Shown here one piece after another: positions 1-12,406 of a stretch of 64,000 nucleotides of DNA. Below the pieces are notes generated by a model that worked only from the letters and a program-made list of their open reading frames with translations, made no database searches and was not told the DNA's origin. The stretch's first letter is position 1; each line of letters begins with the position of its first letter. A program made the position numbers and the translations under genes. This DNA is from Phallusia mammillata (lineage: Eukaryota). The DNA lies in assembly GCA_965637545.1 (NCBI GenBank), contig OZ281496.1:8246001-8310000 (forward strand), in the 5' to 3' direction.

Positions 1-240
1 ATTAAGAAAAATGAAAAGACAATACAAACGAGAAAAAAGGCAATACAAACGCTTCAAGAATTGAAATACATTTGTTATTGTTTACGCAGTTAAGCTGAGA
101 ATGATTGCAATCGGCCACTTATGACCAACTTATAATTTGAGCCTGGCGGTCACGTAAGACGTAATCAAACGAGATACAAGACATACGTAAATATATTTAT
201 GATGCAACCACAAATTAACTGCCATTCCCAACTTCCCCAT

Positions 241-494
241 TTACTCATTATTTGAGTCTGGTGGCTTAAAGTGTTCAATTCGTTCCAATACAAAGGGTTG
301 CGCGTGAGGTTTCTTCCTACGTCCTTCTACAGTGTTGGGTTGCTGCCCAGATCCGTCACTCTTGCATGGGAAGACTTTCTTTCTAATGAAGTCATCCATG
401 ACGCAGTACAGGAGGAATACGACGATTCCCTGCAACCCGTTCACCAAGCTGTGCATGTACATAAACGTCACGTTTAAAGTGTCGTTGCCGATTC
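241..494 (-). CDS. Adhesion GPCR, last exon (TM7 and cytoplasmic tail)
   Basis: Phase-1 acceptor ttctacag gives GIGNDTLNVTFMYMHSLVNGLQGIVVFLLYCVMDDFIRKKVF. The N.LQG..VF..YC motif is typical of family B2 TM7. Stop TAA at 241-243. Confidence 0.9.
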
Positions 495-885
495 CTGTAG
501 AAACAAATATGCTTTTTACAGCAGTGATTCACGTATTAAATTTAAATAAAACTATGATATATAAATTAAACTTTTTCTTTTAGGGGTGCAACGTGGTATT
601 GCACTAAACCATTAAATTCAAAGTTGGTAAATAGGTTTGCTGCGACATAGCAAAATATATTTTAAGGTGCATTTTCCAGGCTGAAAAACCAAAAGTTGTC
701 CTAAGATGTAAACGTTTGGTTATCTAACAAAATGAGGATATAGCGTTGTAATGTACACAGACGTCACGGCATCTTGCCATAAACGGGAGTTAAAATTGCA
801 TTCTGCCAAAACGAATACTACGCTCCACACTTCAGTTTAGGAAGTAAGTTTAGAAAAAAAGTTGTGCATTAAATAAAAAACAAAC

Positions 886-1368
886 CTGTGAAAAATGCCA
901 AAGTCCATGTTCCACCCAGCATGAGGAAAAAGATAATGAACGATTTTGCTGCCCTCAATGCGTCTTCCGTTCCAGGATCTTCACCTCTGTTGCGCATCCT
1001 TCGTGAGTTGAAAATCACATGAGTCGTCTTCACGATGATCATCAAGTTGATAAGGAGGACGAGAGCAAGAGGAGCGACGAACGTTGAATAAAATATCGGG
1101 GTACCGGGATCCAACCAGCATCTGTCATACTTGGGATTGGATGAAGACTGGTTTGAATACTTGTGACACTGTTCGTAGAATGGCTGGTGCTTCATATAGA
1201 TATCATAGTGAAAACCCACTCCCGCAGATGGCATCGCGATGAAAGCTGGAATGACCCAGCCCATCAGAATGAAGATTTTGAGACGTTTATCGGGTTCTTG
1301 GATTCTGAATGTGTAGGGAAATGAGGTGGCCATCAGAAGACGGATGCCTTCCACAAGAAACCAAAATC
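886..1368 (-). CDS. Adhesion GPCR exon, TM3-TM6
   Basis: GFWFLVEGIRL...GWVIPAFI...CWL...FVAPLALVLLINLMI...AAKSFIIFFLMLGGTW matches adhesion/secretin 7TM motifs (W..VEG, GW..P, CWL, LG.TW). Splice phases agree with both neighbours. Confidence 0.92.
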
Positions 1369-1681
1369 CTTAAACACAAACATGTTTCAAGATGAGCTTT
1401 AACAGATTTTTGTTCAAAGGTATACTGTAACTTAGACGTATGAGTATTGTCGTTTAACCAAGATGAACAGATGAAGTTACCCTGAAAGGTTCATGCAGAC
1501 CAGCCAGCACGTTACCATTATACATAAATCACAGTATGGCAGGCCCATTCACATGACATCCGGCATGCTTGGGAAATAAGCTTGAATTGGTATAAACCCT
1601 TAAAAGGGCTGGCGCACTATTGTCGTTAGTTTATGATTTACATGCTTCTTACCTAATAGTTTATGATTACATGCATCTTAC

Positions 1682-1907
1682 CTAATGACAGCAAGCAATA
1701 ATGGTTAGCCACAGTAAACACCATGCATGAGGTTTCATGCAGAACGACAAGGTCATGGGATATGTTCACTGCGTGAAGAAGCAGAAGAGCCACTGACAAG
1801 TTGATTTGAACTGGAACCCGATCGTTTTCGCCTTTGAAATGGTGAAGGATTGCTATTGTGATTATCAATGCCACAATGGAGGCAATTTCAGTGGTGTAAG
1901 ATGTGAT
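1682..1907 (-). CDS. Adhesion GPCR exon, TM1-TM3
   Basis: ITSYTTEIASIVALIITIAIL...VQINLSVALLLL...CMVFTVANHYCLL (I..NL.VAL, C....HY motifs). Phase 0 in, phase 1 out. Confidence 0.9.
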
Positions 1908-2023
1908 CTGCATTACATGAAACGTTGATACATTTGTTTTGAGCTAAATTGATTTGGTTATCAGCCTAATAACATCATCAACCTTAAACAATTCCTTTTT
2001 TGCAATACTGCTGTTACCTTTAC

Positions 2024-2841
2024 GCCATGAGGGAGAGTGACGGTTTCCATTGCCATGAGAACACTAAAAACGGTCAGGTGGTTGCACACGCAAGTGACGT
2101 CACCCGTTACGTCATTGGTAATGGTGGCGCAACCTAAACCTGAATATTTCCTTAAAGCTACATCGAAGAAGCGACAGACGTGTTGAAGCTTTGTGATCCT
2201 CAGGTTGCTTGTGTTTTTCATTTCTTCTTCGATCTGCTTGCAGACTGGTTGTGTCGATGGTGGGGTTACGACAAAGCTAGCGTTTCCTGGCAACTGATCG
2301 CTTCCTGCAGTGTAGTTGGATGCAGGCAGGAAGCTATTGGCATTCCAGCCAGCAATAACAATAAACGATGAGTTATCTATAGCAATGTACCGCGTTATAG
2401 CGAGTGAACTTCGACTGGGTGATTCGGTATCTACAGTTTTGGTTTGGTTTATCTTATAGATAAACACAGCAACAACGATTTGACTAACGTTAATTGTTTG
2501 TAGCGTAAAGTCGATGTGAGTTGATTGAAGGTGAAGAATTGAGTTGTACGTCTCCTCGTCAATGTTGGTAACCACGACACGTAACTGGGCATCTGTCAGG
2601 TTGTAGGTAGTTCCGTTGGTATCGGGATGATTCCGGCCAAACTCCTCAATTATGCATTCGAGGTTATCTAATCCACTCCCGTCAGTCGGTTTCTTAACTT
2701 CCAACTGCGGGGAAACTGTAGTTTTCTGTACTTCCAACTCCTGGGAAACTGTGGTTTCCTGAACTTCCAACTGCGGTGGATCTGTATTTTCATGATCTTC
2801 CAACTCCGGTGCAATTGTAGTTTTATGAACTCCCAAAGTTT
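2024..2841 (-). CDS. Adhesion GPCR exon, stalk repeats plus GAIN/GPS domain
   Basis: Contains CRFFD...GC....VTCVCNHL|TVFSVLM, a canonical GPS with the HL/T cleavage triad and a TxFxxLM tethered-agonist motif. Confidence 0.9.
2672..2836 (-). repeat. 33-bp (11-aa) coding tandem repeat, about 5 degenerate units
   Basis: LGVHKTTIAPE / LEDHENTDPPQ / LEVQETTVSQE / LEVQKTTVSPQ / LEVKKPTDGSG. DNA motif cttccaactc/g recurs at about 33-bp spacing. Confidence 0.8.
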
Positions 2842-3562
2842 CTGTAAAACATTTAACAAATCCAACACTTTTAAAATATGATCCAGTGCACAGTTTAAAT
2901 ACTTGAATATCCTATAATTCTAGCACTCACAGCCCACGTGGAACGAAAGGAAACGAATAGTTTACAAACCAAGATTTGGGTATAATCGAATTTGAAATAC
3001 AGGGGTTTCTACTTTCACCCATTATTATTACTTTCACTTTTCTAGGATTCTCAAAAAACATGTTAAAACTCTATATAGTATCTGCTGCTTGCATGGATAA
3101 AAACGGGATCTGAATAAAAACACGTTCTAAAACAACCTAAAAGTTGACCGATGCTCAAGCAAACTTCCAGCTTGAAACAGCCACAATGTTAGGGATTGGC
3201 CAGAACCACAATTTCTAAATTTTCCGATAAATCAATAATGGACCAAAAAACATACAAACAGCGAAAAAAATAAAGAAAGCGATTTGTTTAAAGTCGGCTA
3301 CTTTTGACAACCGTTCTCGAACGACTTTGAGGAGTTGGACCTGAACTGCATGATTGGGTCAAAACTAGGCGAAATTTCTCACAGTGGGCCTCTGATCTCC
3401 TGCCTAAGAAACCCTGGTCAAACCAGGTTAAAGAGAGCAAACAATGTAGGTAGTTCCATCATTAAAAATGCCCATGAATACAAGTTGTTTTAAAAAGATA
3501 AGTTCCACTGAAAATCTGGGTTGTGGAAGTCGCAGATTTAGTTTTGAAAACAAATGATGCAA

Positions 3563-4257
3563 ACCTGAATTTACCTGAATCTGGACAAGTTTCTGGATCG
3601 CTAAATTCGAATTCTGCACAAAATATATTTGCAAATTGCAAATTGTTGGGTAAGGTATTAGATCGTGTGCGACTCTTACCTATGCCATCCGAAAATAGAA
3701 AAACTGCAAGCATTGTTTTGACATGTTTCTTGCAAAAATTCTCTGCTGCTGATATATCGAAAAACCTCGCACACTCTGGATCTGCAACAAACCAAATACA
3801 ACCTATTTTATACAGTAAATGCACAACTATCGTATTGTTTGACAGTTATTCCGACAAGCAGGTGCATTCATTAGACTTAATGTCAGACATTCAATTGTTC
3901 AAGTTTTGATTGTTTTTTTTCACCGAGCCTTTTGACGCCTCTAATAGGCCAGAAGTTATATGGTTTACATTAATGTGTTTATGTATACACAAGTAGATAT
4001 TTAGTGTATAAAAAGCAAGCAAAATGTTGTACGTTGTCGTATTGAACAAAAGGCAACTTGCATTCAATTTAACTTAAAGAAGAATGTAAATTGGTAAGCT
4101 CAATTCTCCATATAATGAGAAGTATGTAGCGATCTAAATGAGTTGGTCCACGGCATAGATCCAAACGAGCAATTTCTACACAAGCGTACTTACGAATAAT
4201 GTTGGAGCAGTTATCAGTGCAGTATGCTTGACCATTCCCTGGACCGCATCTTGGCCC
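3563..4257 (-). CDS. Small Cys-containing ectodomain exons of the adhesion GPCR, between VWA and GAIN
   Basis: Phase 1-1 exons: 4195-4257 (GPRCGPGNGQAYCTDNCSNII), ~3680-3805 (CIWFVADPECARFFDISAAENFCKK...) and ~3563-3598 (EFEFSDPETCPDSG). Boundaries of the last two are approximate and no domain was identified. Confidence 0.55.
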
Positions 4258-4822
4258 TACAAAAGTCATATGAACATGAAAACTTTAAAAATACTTGTGT
4301 GGGTTATTGCCATTATAGGATTGAAATGATGATCATAGGTAAACCAATTGAAGTTACTTATTTTAATAGGTCGTAAAAACACATTAGTAATGAACCAAAA
4401 CACTAACAGTATGGCGGGCAGAAAATAAGGGAATTCTGGTAAATAGGAATGAGCAACTTAGAGTACCAAATCGGAAGGATTCGGTTCCTAAAATCATTTG
4501 GTGTCCGAAATTAGTAACCGGATAGTAGGATTCGGTGTAAATCATTACCTACTACCCACGATAAAAATGAAATAAACATAGAAACTATTTCTAAAGGTTA
4601 ACTAGGATGAACGTTCTACCCAGTGACAACAAATTCATTAGATTCAATTTACTGACGTGTTTCAGGTTGTTTTAGAGCTCCTGCTTTCTGGTTTCAAACT
4701 CAGAACAACATTTGCCTTGAAGTTAAAAGCAAACATAAAATGAAACACAAATTATAACACATCCATGAAATTTATTGTTTTCATCCGCCAAGCTTAAAAG
4801 TTATTTCTATGTTAACTTTATA

Positions 4823-5110
4823 AGTTCTTCCTACCGTTGTATTTTGTTCCATTCGTTGAATCTAAACAAACAATAAGAGAAACATTTTGAACGCAGTTAC
4901 TGTTGTACTATACAGTATACAGAATATGTTTTGTCCAATGCATGTACAGAGCTGCAATGATAACCCTGTTACAGGCCATTGAGGTGATTTTAGTAAACAG
5001 TAAAAAAAATAGTAAAATCGCCATGTCAAAATTATACATTTGCATGGGCGTCCCAGTTGTACAATCTAAAGTTTCTATTTTATCTCAATATTGGTTTGTT
5101 TTAAAACAAT
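4823..5110. repeat. Diverged internal duplication, copy 1 (copy 2 at ~7729-8045)
   Basis: Shared blocks gttcttcctaccgtt...gaatctaaa, ttttgtccaatgcatgta and gaggt(g/t)attttagt. Each copy contains a 27-nt AG/GT-flanked candidate microexon. Confidence 0.75.
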
Positions 5111-5520
5111 TAACTCAAAACCTCTTTGAGTTGGAGATCCTTACGAGAAATTATGTTGTTTTCCAAGGATTATTTAATCACAACAATTTGGTTATGAGGT
5201 AAAGATTATCTAATCGCAGTTATGCTACTATTGACGAATGTATTGCGCTGCTGCTGATAGATAGTCAATGTTATTTTCGCTATACCAGCGTGTCATTGCA
5301 TATATTTGCATACTTGCTGTTATAAATTATGATTGTCGCTGACTTGATCTATACGGTAGCTAGCTGTCCACATACTAACGTGCCAATGAAAAAAAATCTT
5401 TTGGGATCGCCAAGAGTCCAAATGGTGTTTGGCACTGAACAAATGACAGGTACAAGAATTTGATCAAACTTGGTCACCTAGTTCGTACTCGGTTTGAACC
5501 TCATAACAAAAACATCTTAC

Positions 5521-7302
5521 CTTCAAGCTGAAATGAAGCTGTTTGCATTATAACAGTGGTTAGTTTGCTGAGAATTTCACTTAGGGCGTCAAAGTTGCCG
5601 ACTATTAAAACGTGTTCGTTCACTCCAGCGATTGTTAGAAGTTCATTATCATTAATGTTTGATCCAATTCCAACCGATACGATTGTGATGTTGGCCGCCC
5701 TGTTTAACAAACCTCTTGTTTGAATATATATATATTTTGAACTGAGGAAGGTTCTGGATTTCAAGTTTTATTGGACGGAACGGTTTATTATAAAGTCCAT
5801 GTGCATTATGATTTTGTTTACTAACAGACAGTAACGTAAATCCAGACGTTTTTCAGGACCGAATTAAGGCCTGTTTGTTAAAAAAAACTAAGCCGAACCC
5901 AGGCCGAAACCAAACCTGGTGCAAATCCGGCCCGAAAACCTTGACCCGACTTACAACTCTGCTTTATTAAATGGTTACACTGTGAAAAAAAGACGGCAAT
6001 ACTTTTGGTGTCGCAATTGACATAGCTTTTAAATCTTATGATATTTTCTTATACTTGAGACACAAAACTATATTATATAATTTTTTTAACAAAAGCTGTT
6101 TTACGGGAGTTTTTCGACAACCTTGCATTTCTTGCTGATGAGTTAACCTGGCTTGGAAAACCAGATTGGCCATCTGTCATCACAATCATGAGGCGTGGAA
6201 TGTTGCTGTCAGTTGGAGCGGCCTTAAACTCTTCGACTGCCTTTTCAATTCCATTGTAGGTATTGGTACCACCACCCGCGTAATAAGTGTTCAACACCAA
6301 TTCTACAAAAACATCCAAAGCATAAATGAATCAAGGCAACTGTCAAATTATTTCTAAACCGTTACTATCATAACCCAAGCCAAATAGTGCCACTGTAACA
6401 ATTTTGGCGTTCTATTTTACGTTTGGGAAAAGTCAAACAATATGTTTGAAAAAGAAGGCGATATTGCGTACAATATAAGTATAACCAATCTTGAGAAGTT
6501 AGTTTCATACTCACCTATTTTTGAGAGTGCAAAAAGTTTAAAATAAATTTTAGATTAATCAATAACTACATTTTAGGAAAAATATGGTTTATTTAGCCCT
6601 AACGGCATAATTAATTCTTTACTCAAACAAAAGTTCTGTGAGAAAATTGCTTTGTTACATAAACAGTGATAATTATTCTGGATGATACCCACCGTATAAC
6701 AATTCAGCGCTTCTGTTTACCAACAGAATCGACAATCGAGCATTGTCATCATAGTTAACCATTCCAACTCTTACATCACCCACATTGATTGATGACCTAC
6801 AATAGGAGGAAATTCACCAATTCCATTTGCAACTCAGCAACATGTAGCCGGCATTAGACAACATGTACTCAAATTTCTATCGTTTACCCAATAACAGTCT
6901 TGCAAGATATAATTAACCTCCACGACTAATTTTCAAGCTTATTCCGCAAAACCGTTTTAGATGTGTTTTTTTAAATTACCTCAAAAGAGTCACCTAATGT
7001 TTTTCATGTGCTTAAACCTGCGCACACTTGCTTTATAACAATGAGACTTACTAGGTGATTTGTAAGTTTAAAGTCTGTTACTTCCAAGGGGTGTCATGTA
7101 TTCCCCTAATTAATGATATTTTAGCATTAGATTTGTACGTCAGTGGATAAGCTTTATCCTTAGGTTTCTTACTCAAAGCTTTTCGTAACGTTGTTTATCC
7201 ATTCCAACGCCTTTCGGTAATTGGATATACCAACGCTGCCAGACTCATCAACCACAAATATGATGTCAACTTTCATGCGACTTGAGTTTGCGAGTGAGAG
7301 AT
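5521..7302 (-). CDS. von Willebrand factor A (VWA) domain, 4 exons, probably the adhesion GPCR ectodomain
   Basis: Exons 7173-7302, 6693-6796, 6122-6302 and 5521-5699 splice in consistent phases to DIIFVVDESGSVG...VRVGMVNY...GGGTNTYNGI...RLMIVMTDGQS...IVSVGIG. The MIDAS (DxSxS, T, D) is complete. Linkage to the 7TM exons is inferred from same strand, proximity and phase. Confidence 0.88.
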
Positions 7303-7728
7303 CTTAACAATAGATTTTCTGTTGTAGATGTTGTCAGCAATAATATCACCTTTCAATTTTGTGCGGAGTAAGGGCCATAATGATTTATTTGTGCGCCCTA
7401 AATTTCCCACGAGGCAGTAACTGATTGAAACTAGTCTGTAACTGATTACTACGTCTTTTTTATTGCAACTATTACGACAATGGTAACAGACTGTGTTAGC
7501 ATTTATGACTTTGTTCGATACAGAACTCGGCTCAAACCCGAAAAGAAGCCCGTTCATGCCCGAAAGTTTGGTTGAAAACAACATACACACAGGAAAATGG
7601 CCAAACCCATACATTTAGGGCTGTTGGAAATTATGTGGTATCTAGCGACTAGTTGGTAAGTAATTTATATTTTAAATTTACAACTTTGCTTAGGAGATTT
7701 AAAAATGTTTCTATTTAAACAAAATGTA

Positions 7729-8045
7729 GTTCTTCCTACCGTTATTTGATGTTCCAATCGCGGAATCTAAAAAACAAAGAGTGAAAAAAATACAAACACT
7801 ATTGGTACGATACAGAATAACTTATTCATTTATTTTTTGTCCAATGCATGTATGGAACTGCTGTGATAATCATGTTACAGTCCAATGAGGTTATTTTAGT
7901 GAACAGAGAAAAATAGAGACATATTGCTTTTAACAAATTATTAAAAAATCGCAACATTCACTTGTACTGTGGCATAGGGGGTAACATTTACATAATCTAA
8001 AGCTTCCATTCCATTGCAATTTAGGTTTCTTTTAATATAATTAGC
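7729..8045. repeat. Diverged internal duplication, copy 2 (copy 1 at ~4823-5110)
   Basis: Same shared blocks as copy 1; end points approximate. Confidence 0.75.
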
Positions 8046-8299
8046 TGAAAAAGGAGTTTCTCACCAGAAAATATCACAGTAATGCAAATGTCTCCAGAAT
8101 AATTTATTTGCTCATAGTGTTATAGCAAGTGTATGATGCTGCATGTTATACATTTTGATTTTTCTAACCTGTGCAAACGATGGTAGTTTCAGGTAGAGGC
8201 TCAATAATCGATATTCGTTTTCTGTTAAGATTTCCTGAAACAAAATGCTTTACTTTAACCCATTATTTCAAAAAATCACTAAATTACGTGTTCTTCACA

Positions 8300-10550
8300 G
8301 ACCTTTGTTACAATCTGTGTTTTTGTTACAAGGATGCTTGTTGAACGGTTTTATTGAAAAACAAGTACAAAGCTTTGAGAAACAACCGCTACAAATTATT
8401 TTAAATCCAGTTTCAACAATGAAAGGTTGTAAATACGCAAGGGCATAGGTTAGGGCAAAAGGTTCAATGACCTTTACCAAATAAGTTGCTTATTGAGAAA
8501 CTTCAATGCACTATTGTTTTGTATCACGCCACGACTAAATTACAATAGGAATATATATACATTTTCAGTAATGACTGTTGTTCCCCAGTTGTAAGCCGTA
8601 AAAAAAGTTGACATAGCCTATATTCTTGCAGAAGCGAAATACATAAATCAAATAGGCTGATTGGTGGTCCCATCGAAATCCATTTTGGAAAACCCTGGTC
8701 AATACACCTGTATTGCACCAGAAATTATTTGGCCGTTCTCAAAATTGTTAGCTTCCTACGCCATTGTAAAGTGACCTGTTTTGGGCGAACATAAACTGTG
8801 CTTGTAGCATTCAACATATTTACAGTTTACTAACCTTTCTCACATATGTGGATCTTTGAACATTGGAATTTCTGGATAAAATCAGTCACTTTGGGACATT
8901 CTACAAAACAAGCAACAAAAGATGCCATGCTTCGTTACATTGGTGTTATCTCTTGATATTGTGACGATTTTCTTACCATTGATTCTTCCTTGTACTACAG
9001 GATAACACGGGCTTATTTGAAAATCCATCTTTAAAATTCCATCTGCAACAATTTCCCGGATAACTTGTTTATGTAGGTGTACAAAGTCTGCATCGCAATT
9101 TTTTACCCGAACCAGTAATCTATATCTAAAAGGCCCTGATTATAATTTATATTTTAACCCCAGTGTTCAGTTTAAACAAAGCTGAATTGGTTACGGTCTC
9201 ACTTCACCCTAGTTCATAAAATTGCCATCATATGAACATTTGTTTCAAGCTTGCAATTAGCTCAAAAATGCCATGCTTGAAACCAAAACTGGGCCACAAC
9301 AAATTAAATTAATGGATATAAACCATAGTTTGTAAAAATGCATCAAGTAAAGAAGTAATCAGAAAACCATTCAACGTAAAAAAACGTTCGTAAAAAAGCA
9401 TGGTAAATAACTTATAACTTATACCTACCTTCAGACTCCGTCCAGTTTTCTGAGATTGAATATTTGGAATAATTTGCATTTACAGATTTCCAACTTTCGA
9501 TGTTTTTAAGTCTGCAAACGTCACCCGTTCCTAATAACACAAACAAGGATTATTTACAAATTGAAGTCAAATAGTCCAATGGTTTGTTAGTAGATTGGCA
9601 AATCATGTTTAAACTTTGTAATATTTCTTTTCGCAGTTAAATATTTTGTAGATATGACTTTGTGATCTTCTGTCTACGCGCTTTTACCCTGTGCGTTGTC
9701 CTGTGATTGACACTGCCTGGTACATAATTTTGCGACAGCCAATTGCAAGAGCACGTGTGCACAATTTAACGCCTTTAACCGCGTATATATAAAACCGCAA
9801 TGGTTTACTTAAGCCCTCTTTGTTTTATTTTTTTCTGGCCTTCCACCTTTCTTGTCAGTCTGGTTTGCCTTTCCGTTTTAATCCGTGTTTTCTGACTGTA
9901 TTACTACTATAAAACTATAAAACCTAGTTACAAGACACTTGTTTTTTTGGACTCCCTATTGTCAAGCTCAGGAGTTAGGGAGGTTTTCTGGTGACGCAGA
10001 TACAAATTTGAGACTTATTTGCAAAAACATAACATAAACCCTCAAACGCAGGGACTATGGATTTAAAAACTTTTCTCCACCGAAAAGCCGCACCCAACAT
10101 GTAGGTCAGTACTGATTAGGGCATCAGGATTTAAACTAGTACGCCAAATGAGCAATGTTTTTTAATCTTATGTTTGATTTTAAATTCACGCGCAAACTTT
10201 TTTTGGCACCCGACAATTCGCTTTCAACAAATCAAGCTTACTGCAGATATTTAAGTTTGTTTCTTGGTGAGAAAAATAAATAGTTTTCTTTACAATGCAA
10301 TAAATAATTTACCGTCTCCATTTATTCCAGTCACGGGTGAATCGTAGCATGCCTTGGGGTAATACGTGTAACAACATTCTGAAAAGGAAAGGCAAAAGAA
10401 TATGTTTAAACCAAACAAAAATTAAATGAAACTTTCTATCACATAATGAAACAAACTAAATTGAGTTCAATCTTTTACCTGAATGTCTGTTCCGATTTTT
10501 CAACGAAGAATTATCGCCAGAAAATATCGCTAGTGTTATGTGCAAAGTGG
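8300..10550 (-). CDS. Probable further Cys-rich 5' exons (adhesion GPCR N-terminus or a separate gene)
   Basis: Splice-flanked phase 1-1 segments ~10313-10378 (ECCYTYYPKACYDSPVTGING), ~9429-9530 (GTGDVCRLKNIESWK...) and ~8815-8880 (ECPKVTDFIQKFQCSKIHICEK), plus ~8302-8385 (GCFSKLCTCFSIKPFNKHPCNKNTDCNK). A fully phase-consistent path could not be built. Confidence 0.4.
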
Positions 10551-11617
10551 CAGCTCATGTTTTTTTTAAATCTTTTGACAGTTTGCTGTGTTTTGTTAAA
10601 TGCGCCCTACCATTAGGTAAACAGAAATAAACACGTTTTTTCCAACAAAGATCATAACATACATTTTGATATGCGACATATATAAGCTTGTTGTTTCTCT
10701 CAAACCCTAAATAAGGGTCCTTCTGGCGAAGAACATGTAAAATCTAATTTTGTTCTCACCGTTCCTTGCCGGTTGGAAGTGGTTTTCGATCGCGTAATGA
10801 CTATAGTTACCGCCTGTGGACAAAATGTGTATCAGTGTTGCAAGTAAAGTGATGTAACAACACAAAACTTACTGATTAGATCTAGGCAATTTCCCCCTGT
10901 GCAAGAGTCACTGGGCCCATAGATGCTTGGAACTGAAGTGTGATTTGTGCAGTAAGTTATCTTGTACCCTAGAAAATATTTAAAAACAACATTACTACTT
11001 CTTGTTGTGAACAATGTAGAACATAGTCACATTTTAACACTGAATCTAGAAATCGAATGATACTTTAATTAAAAGGTGAAACATACTATAAAGCGGGACA
11101 CGCCTGTCTGAAACAAACTATCAAATTTACAGGTAGATTCAAAATAATCAAAAGTTCCGAAACAGACATGCAGTTCAGATCGCAATTACATATTTCTAAT
11201 TAAACTGCAATTGGTTAGAAATCAATATGTATGCTATTTTACTTAGTTAACAGTAATGCCAATACAATAATAACTTAATTACTGAGCTCTTGCAGTTTTC
11301 CCACAATATATTTTAGAAACTTTAGCCGATTGTTATCTGAACGTCTCTTTTTTGCAAAAAAATGCAAGGGCACTCACCTTTAGTTTCCAGAAAACACCAA
11401 GCTAGGAAATATTGAAATATCAACTTTCTCATTCTGCTTAGTTTATCAAACGATTCATTTTGCCTTTACTTAAAACGAAAAAAATACCAGAAAGACATTA
11501 ATGATGTAATCAGGTGTAAAGCTAACACTTCATATACCAGTATAGCTTTGCCATAATTATTTTTTTGTTATCATAAACTTTCGGCACCAAGATATGCTGT
11601 TTGTCATGACCTTAAAC

Positions 11618-12404
11618 CAGGGGTGTCCAACTTTTTTGCCAAAGGGCCACATGCGGTTTACGAATGATTGCGAGGGCCACTTGAGTGTTTACTTCTAATT
11701 TATAATCATACAAATGGCTGTCTTATAATTTCTAATTAAAATCCACACTCCGCAATTCTCATCTCCTCGTTTAAAAATCTAAGAACAATAAACATTCCAA
11801 GATATAGTAAAGTGCCCAAAATTTTTACCACACGTCGATATTTCAATGTAAAGTATGGCACTGTTTTTCTCTTACAAGTTTGGCAATATTTGGCGAGATG
11901 GCTTATGTAGCAATGTGAAGCGAGTTTTCCATATGGTTATCCGAAACTATTGATCTTACAGGGGATTTGAAGTCACGTGTCCACCTTTCTTGTAATACTC
12001 TGTTGGCGTTACCAGCTTTTCGGTTTGGCATAATTTATATCACTGCAGAGTGCGGAAGATATTTCACTGCTAAATGCGTTATGCGCGGGTCTCTGATTAT
12101 TATCAGATGGACCTCAAAAAGGCAAGGAATATTTCTGACTGACTCTTAAAGCACGAGTTTAATTGTGGACGCAACAATGTAGAAATTGTGATGCGTAACA
12201 ATGTGTATTATGATGAAATAAAGGTAACTTGAACAGTTGTGTATTACTCCATTAAGAAAGAAACAAAGCAAACAATGAATGCCAATTTGAATGAAAGTTC
12301 GCCATAAATTACGTAGGCGATTAGGTTAATAATAAAAGTTATTTCGAAAAATATCACGCGGGCCACTCAAAACCTTACTGCGGGCCACGGGTTGGACACC
12401 CCTG
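11618..12404. mobile_element. hAT-type MITE 1
   Basis: Perfect 14-bp TIR CAGGGGTGTCCAAC / GTTGGACACCCCTG. The 8-bp TSD CCTTAAAC is at 11610-11617, and its right copy is displaced to 13501-13508 by a later insertion. Confidence 0.85.
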
Positions 12405-12406
12405 CC

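Noticed and set aside
3690-3760. Possible ShKT motif (CKKTC...C) through a 1-bp frameshift
   Set aside because: The existing frame is already phase-compatible with the next exon, so no frameshift is needed and the motif match is weak.
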